A stretch of DNA of 64,000 bases, taken from the NCBI GenBank assembly GCA_963662705.2, contig OY759767.1, forward strand, positions 1,988,833-2,052,832, written 5' to 3'. Of the stretch, positions 56,127 to 64,000 are shown piece by piece; positions within the stretch are counted from its first letter, which is position 1; each line of letters begins with the position of its first letter. Both the position numbers and the translations under genes were made by a program. The notes under the pieces were generated by a model that searched no databases, was not told the origin of the DNA, and saw only the letters and a program-made list of their open reading frames with translations. Source of the stretch: Paracoccaceae bacterium (GTDB lineage: Bacteria > Pseudomonadota > Alphaproteobacteria > Rhodobacterales > Rhodobacteraceae).

Positions 56127-58277
56127 TCAATCCAGGTCCAGCTGATCGAAGAGAGGCTTGAGTTCCTCTTCGTATTTCTTCCACGCATCCATTGACGAAG
56201 TGTAGATCGGTTGCCGGACCTGATAGAGACTGAGAGTCTTGACCATGCGCCGATTCCGGTGGAACTGCAGGCACGCGTCCTCCCATTCAAGGTCACAGGC
56301 CTCCAGCAAGGCCCTGGTCCCCGCCTCCGGCTCGGTAATCAGGTCCTCGTAAGTGATCTCGAAAAAGCTATCCGGCGTGGTTTCGCGCCAGAAATCAACG
56401 ATCTCGCGATAAAGATTGAAGTACATGGCGAGGTCGTTGAAGGTGTAACTGTAGAGGTGTGTCCCCTCCGGAAACCTGTTCTTGTACATTGAGAACAGGT
56501 TGTCCCTCGGGTCTCGCTCGATCAGGATGATCCTTGACCTGGGAAGCGTCAGCCTGGCAAGCCCCAAAAAGAGAAACGTCTGAATCGATTTGTCCACGAC
56601 CCGAACGACTCCCGGAAACTCCGACTGGACCCTAGCCTGGTATGCCTTTCCAAGCTTCCTGAGTTCCCTGTCCTTGATCTGGGCAAAGGATGAACGGGAT
56701 TTCGAGAAGATCGAAAGCTTGGCCGCTTCCTGGCTGAAATACCCGAGTTCGCCAACCCCTCGGATCGTGCTGTGACTCGAGAGAATCTGTTCGACGAGAG
56801 TTGTTCCCGATCTCGGCAGGCCGGTAACGAAGATCGGGGCGAATTCGGAAAACCCCGTGCCCGGCCCCCGCCGCGGATCGAATTCGGCGAAAAACTCCGT
56901 GACCTGGCGGATCTCCTTCACCCTGGTCCCGACATCGTAAGGATGCAGTTCCCGCATGAGCCGATTTGCCTCGCCGAGGTATTCGAAAACCGCTCCGGTT
57001 TCACCGCAGTCTTCCATTGCCTTGGTCAGGGCAAATCCGAGTCCCATTCGATCCTTGTGATCGATTGAGGTGTTCGCAAAGGCGGATTTCATTTGGTCGA
57101 CGAGTTCGTCATCAATGGAAAACCTGTAGCTCGCGGACAGCAGGCGGTAGTGCTCGCCGTTGTTCGGCTCCAGTTCGATCGCCTTCCGAAACAATGGTTC
57201 AGCAGTCCCGAAGTCCCCGATCTGCTGGCAAAGCACGGCCTTCCTGCTGAGCGCAGCTGCCTGGTTTGGCGCCTGCGTGATCGCCTGGTCGCACCATTTG
57301 ATCGCCTCGGGAATATCCCCGGAGTTTTCTTCGGCGCGCGAAAGCGCCAGAAACAGGTCCGCGGATTGCCATCCCAACCGATGCGCCTTCCGCAGATTGA
57401 TGCGTGCCTGCCTTGGATCGCCGGCGTCAAGGTTCTCGCGGCCAAGCTCCAGGTATGCTTCCGCGTACCCCGGGTCGACCTTGATGGCGCGGTTGAAGAA
57501 CCTCTCGGGTTCCCTCGATGATTGGTTTTTGTTGCGGACCAGGCGCCCCAGGTTGGTCAGGACGCTTGGCGACCCTGGCGTGAGAACCAGCGCGTGAATC
57601 AGGTGTTGCCGCGCCAGTTCTTCTTCGCCGGATTCGAGAAGAAGCTGCCCCATGTTGTTGTGGGCCTCTGCGTAGCCGCCATTGATTTCGAGAGCACGTT
57701 CGAAAAACCGGCGCGCCCTGTCTGATTTGCCCTTCAGTTTGAAAATGATCCCGAGCAGATTGGGAAAAAGGGCGACGTCCGGGTGCATGTCCCCGAGTCT
57801 GGATGCAATGGTTTCTGCTTCCTCGTGACGACCTGCTCTCGTGAGGCGGAGGAGCCTGTCGACTTCACCCCTGTCAGAATTGCCGATCGGAACCGAGGAC
57901 TTGATCCGCCTGCCGAGCAGGCGAGACCTGTACGCGTCAATGAGTCCTGTCGGAAGTCCTGATGACTTGAGGGAACGCAAGGCGTCGGCGGTTTCTTTCC
58001 TGTCGTCGAGGCAGATCAGGGAGGCAACATAAGAGTTCCAGACTTCCTGTTCGCCGGGAGCCAGAACCTGGGCCGCCTGCAGGTGCGTGACAGCCTTCCG
58101 AAACTCGGTGTTGTTCAGAAAGATCCTTCCGACCTGGTAGTGAACTTCGGGAACGTCGTTCCGCGATTTGAGGATGGAGTCATAAATTGCAAGCGCGTCT
58201 GCTGGCCTCCCCGCGGACTGGTATTCGAGTGCCGTCCGATACAGTTCGGGAATTTGTTCTGGGTTGATGAAGGCCAT
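56127..58277 (-). CDS. TPR-repeat protein fused to a PAPS-type sulfotransferase domain
   Basis: The N-terminal region of about 430 aa is TPR-like repeats (A..Y....L......PE.HY..G). The C-terminal domain has the 5'-PSB loop GLPRSGTTLVEQIL and a sulfotransferase-like remainder. Confidence 0.83.
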   Translation of the reverse strand: MAFINPEQIPELYRTALEYQSAGRPADALAIYDSILKSRNDVPEVHYQVGRIFLNNTEFRKAVTHLQAAQVLAPGEQEVWNSYVASLICLDDRKETADALRSLKSSGLPTGLIDAYRSRLLGRRIKSSVPIGNSDRGEVDRLLRLTRAGRHEEAETIASRLGDMHPDVALFPNLLGIIFKLKGKSDRARRFFERALEINGGYAEAHNNMGQLLLESGEEELARQHLIHALVLTPGSPSVLTNLGRLVRNKNQSSREPERFFNRAIKVDPGYAEAYLELGRENLDAGDPRQARINLRKAHRLGWQSADLFLALSRAEENSGDIPEAIKWCDQAITQAPNQAAALSRKAVLCQQIGDFGTAEPLFRKAIELEPNNGEHYRLLSASYRFSIDDELVDQMKSAFANTSIDHKDRMGLGFALTKAMEDCGETGAVFEYLGEANRLMRELHPYDVGTRVKEIRQVTEFFAEFDPRRGPGTGFSEFAPIFVTGLPRSGTTLVEQILSSHSTIRGVGELGYFSQEAAKLSIFSKSRSSFAQIKDRELRKLGKAYQARVQSEFPGVVRVVDKSIQTFLFLGLARLTLPRSRIILIERDPRDNLFSMYKNRFPEGTHLYSYTFNDLAMYFNLYREIVDFWRETTPDSFFEITYEDLITEPEAGTRALLEACDLEWEDACLQFHRNRRMVKTLSLYQVRQPIYTSSMDAWKKYEEELKPLFDQLDLD

Positions 58278-58666
58278 TTATCTGTCTGAATCATGATTCG
58301 CAGGCAGTGTTTTAACGATCACGGCTCGTGATCCAAGCCTTGATGTCCATGAGTTGCCCGTTTCCGGTACCGGAACGATGCGCGTGAACAATTCCGGGCC
58401 GACATCCGCTCGTTCGCCTCGGTTCCATCGAAAACCTGCCGAACCAGCGACCGCCCTGCGGCCCGTGTATGGAGATTCCCACGAGGAACTTCCGCTTGAC
58501 TTGACCCTCGAACTCAACGATACCCCGCAACCTGTCGGGATTGGTGGCAGTCTCCAGTCCGATCGATCCTTTTGATGGGAGCGCACTGCCCGAGGCGCGG
58601 AAATTGCTCGCAAAACTCCGGATGATTCAGCCGGGGCCACAGGGCGTGGAAACCGAAGGAACAGCC

Positions 58667-59008
58667 ATGTACGCTGTGCTCAAGACGGGCGGCAAGCAGT
58701 ATCGCGTTGCCGCCGGAGATGTATTGAAAACCGAAAAACTGGCAGGAGAAGTCGGCGAATCTGTCGAATTCGATGAAATCCTTGTCGTCGGTGGCGACGA
58801 TGTCCGCATTGGTGCGCCAACCGTTTCCGGGGCGGTCGTTCGAGGTGAGATCCTTGAGCAAACCCGCGACAAGAAGGTCATCAACTTCGTTCACCGCCGG
58901 CGAAAGGCGTCGTCGCGACGCAAGAAGGGCCATCGGCAATACGTAACGATCGTCCGGATCAATGAAATCAGTTTGCCGGATGATGGAAAAGAAGCCTCGG
59001 ACGAGTAA
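58667..59008 (+). CDS. rplU: 50S ribosomal protein L21
   Basis: [14 protein letters not shown]... is the canonical L21 N-terminus. GAAGGA SD precedes ATG 58667. There is an alphaproteobacterial-type C-terminal extension. Confidence 0.95.
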   Translation: MYAVLKTGGKQYRVAAGDVLKTEKLAGEVGESVEFDEILVVGGDDVRIGAPTVSGAVVRGEILEQTRDKKVINFVHRRRKASSRRKKGHRQYVTIVRINEISLPDDGKEASDE

Positions 59009-59019
59009 GGGAGCAGGAA

Positions 59020-59292
59020 ATGGCACACAAGAAAGCCGGAGGGTCATCTCGAAACGGACGCGATTCCGCGGGTCGCCGCCTGGGTGTCAAAAAGTACGGT
59101 GGTGAGTCCGTCGCTCCCGGAAACATCATCGTGCGTCAACGCGGAACCCGTTGGTGGCCCGGACAGGGCGTCGGAATTGGCAAGGATCACACGATTTTCG
59201 CGACGGTCGACGGGCACGTACAATTCCGCAAGGGCCTGAAGGGGCGAACGTTCATCTCGGTCCTCCCTGCTGCGGACCATTCCGGGCAGTAA
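59020..59292 (+). CDS. rpmA: 50S ribosomal protein L27
   Basis: [21 protein letters not shown].. is canonical L27. Confidence 0.97.
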   Translation: MAHKKAGGSSRNGRDSAGRRLGVKKYGGESVAPGNIIVRQRGTRWWPGQGVGIGKDHTIFATVDGHVQFRKGLKGRTFISVLPAADHSGQ

Positions 59293-59475
59293 TCTCCCTA
59301 TTTCGGGGAACGCAAACGAATTTCCGCCGGACCATGCTTGTGCCGGGCACGGCAACCGGTCAGGGTGCGGTTCGCGCCAGGCTGGCCGATCGGCGGCTTC
59401 CGGAATCCGGCGGAAACGATGTTCTGCGTCTGAGCCCTGAGCGCCGCGGTTGATTCCTGCTCTGCCCTGTTGTGA

Positions 59476-61622
<2,147 letters not shown>

Positions 61623-61743
61623 CTCGAAATCGGTTGCCCTCGGACTGGTTTCTGGTACGTGCCCGATAGGGAAACCAGCTTGATGCAACCTGTGGATTGA
61701 ACCAGGGCAGGCTGTAGGGCTTGTTGTTAACGGGAGACGATCA

Positions 61744-63015
<1,272 letters not shown>

Positions 63016-63168
63016 ACACCGCCACCTGCTTCCGTCCGGCGGTGGGTCGACATCGCAGGTAATCGGGAATGCGGTCTCGGATAGAGGCCCCGAACAGGCC
63101 GGCCCGGGCCTGATTCGAAATCCGGGGTTCATCCGATAGCCGTCGGGCAGTCACGTCAGGGAGCAGCT

Positions 63169-64000
63169 GTGACCGGATTTACGATAGCGGAAATCGCTTC
63201 GTCGCTTGCATCCGAAGCCGCCGGAGACACGTCGATACGGGTTTTCGCCGTACGAGAGCCCTCTGACGCCGGTCCCGGCGATCTTGCCATCGCACTGTAT
63301 CCGCAATTCGTGGAGGCTCTGGGTCAGGGAAACGCCCGTGCCGCGATTCTCTGTCCTGGCACCAACTGGCGGGATCTTGGACTGGATGCGGCGATATTCG
63401 TGCGCGAGCCGCAACTGGATTTCGCCAGGATTACGCATGTTTTCCTTCCGCCTCGGCGGGTTGAGCCGGGAATTCACCCGACCGCAGTTGTCGATCCAAC
63501 GGCCAGGGTCGGGAACAATGTGTCCATCGGACCATTCACGCAAATTGAAGCCGACGTCGAGATCGGGGAAAATTCAGTTTTTTCCGGCCACTGCACACTT
63601 GGTCCGGATACGCATATCGGAACGGGAGCATGTATTCGTTCCGGGGTCCGCATCGGTCCCGGGGTTCGGACCGGTTCAAATTTCGTTTGCCAGTCCAACA
63701 CCGTCATTGGCGCCGACGGATTTTCCTACGTGACTCCGTCGCCGGACTCGATCCGGAATGCCAAGGCGACCGGGCATGTCGTTCCGCCGGACCCCGACGT
63801 ACCCATCGTGAAAATCAATTCGCTTGGCGGAATTGTCATAGGCGACGACGTGGAAATCGGGGCGAACTGCACGATTGACCGTGCCACGATTTCCCGGACT
63901 GTCATCGGCGACGGCACCAAGATCGACAACCTGGTTCACATCGCGCACAACGTTCAGATCGGGAGAAACTGCCTGATCTGCGGACTTGTCGCCATGGGAG
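63169..64000 (+). CDS. lpxD: UDP-3-O-acylglucosamine N-acyltransferase-like (LpxD-like) protein, 3' end off-window
   Basis: It is not in the ORF track because no stop falls in the window. My own translation from GTG 63169 (AGGGA SD 6 nt upstream; in-frame stop at 63082-84) gives [12 protein letters not shown]...[30 protein letters not shown]...[17 protein letters not shown]...[15 protein letters not shown]. These are LpxD hexapeptide-repeat landmarks. Confidence 0.75.
   Translation, partial: MTGFTIAEIASSLASEAAGDTSIRVFAVREPSDAGPGDLAIALYPQFVEALGQGNARAAILCPGTNWRDLGLDAAIFVREPQLDFARITHVFLPPRRVEPGIHPTAVVDPTARVGNNVSIGPFTQIEADVEIGENSVFSGHCTLGPDTHIGTGACIRSGVRIGPGVRTGSNFVCQSNTVIGADGFSYVTPSPDSIRNAKATGHVVPPDPDVPIVKINSLGGIVIGDDVEIGANCTIDRATISRTVIGDGTKIDNLVHIAHNVQIGRNCLICGLVAMG

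Noticed and set aside
58541-58666. N-terminal 42-codon extension of L21 in the track ORF
   Set aside because: The canonical L21 N-terminus [12 protein letters not shown] starts at ATG 58667 with a GAAGGA SD. The upstream codons have no ribosomal-protein similarity.

Overview
GC-rich (not computed) chromosomal segment with alphaproteobacterial-looking gene content. I call about 50 protein genes, 2 tRNA-Ser genes, 1 apparently intact IS4/Tn5-type insertion sequence, 1 decayed IS256-family remnant and 1 decayed SDR gene. I found no CRISPR array, rRNA, prophage, integrase, reverse transcriptase or recognisable defence operon.

Layout:
- 1-0.5 kb: SDR pseudogene.
- 0.7-6.1 kb: peptide/nickel-type ABC importer.
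- 6.2-7.7 kb: DUF2182 and DUF1326 pair.
- 7.8-17 kb: assorted housekeeping or accessory genes (YhdH/AcuI-like reductase, GNAT, MsbA-like exporter, class V aminotransferase, SRPBCC protein, Ca2+/cation antiporter, CysK-like protein, AlaX-like protein).
- 17.4-27.7 kb: LacI-controlled CUT1 sugar ABC system plus GH78 alpha-L-rhamnosidase, with odd PhyH and DUF1989 partners.
- 27.7-44.4 kb: IS-bounded accessory block next to tRNA-Ser(GGA). It holds a LysR-linked operon (class II aldolase, membrane di-iron desaturase-like protein, PanB-like protein, DddP-like M24 protein, Rieske ferredoxin) and a second set (HpcH aldolase, orphan MttB-family methyltransferase, PLP decarboxylase, aminotransferase).
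- 42.0-44.4 kb: IS4/Tn5-like element whose transposase carries a DUF4338 (DruA-like) N-terminal module.
- 44.6-49.1 kb: cysS, cimA-like gene, GCS2 ligase.
- 49.24-49.33 kb: tRNA-Ser(CGA).
- 49.6-55.9 kb: second LacI-controlled CUT1 ABC operon without an ATPase, carrying two tandem-SnoaL/NTF2 proteins.
- 56.1-58.3 kb: TPR-sulfotransferase.
- 58.7-64 kb: rplU-rpmA-obg-proB-proA and a partial lpxD-like gene.

The items most worth a second look are the DUF4338-Tn5 transposase fusion, the aldolase/desaturase/PanB-like/DddP-like/Rieske operon, the orphan MttB cluster and the SnoaL-pair ABC operon. All family assignments come from reading motifs in the supplied translations. No database search was run.
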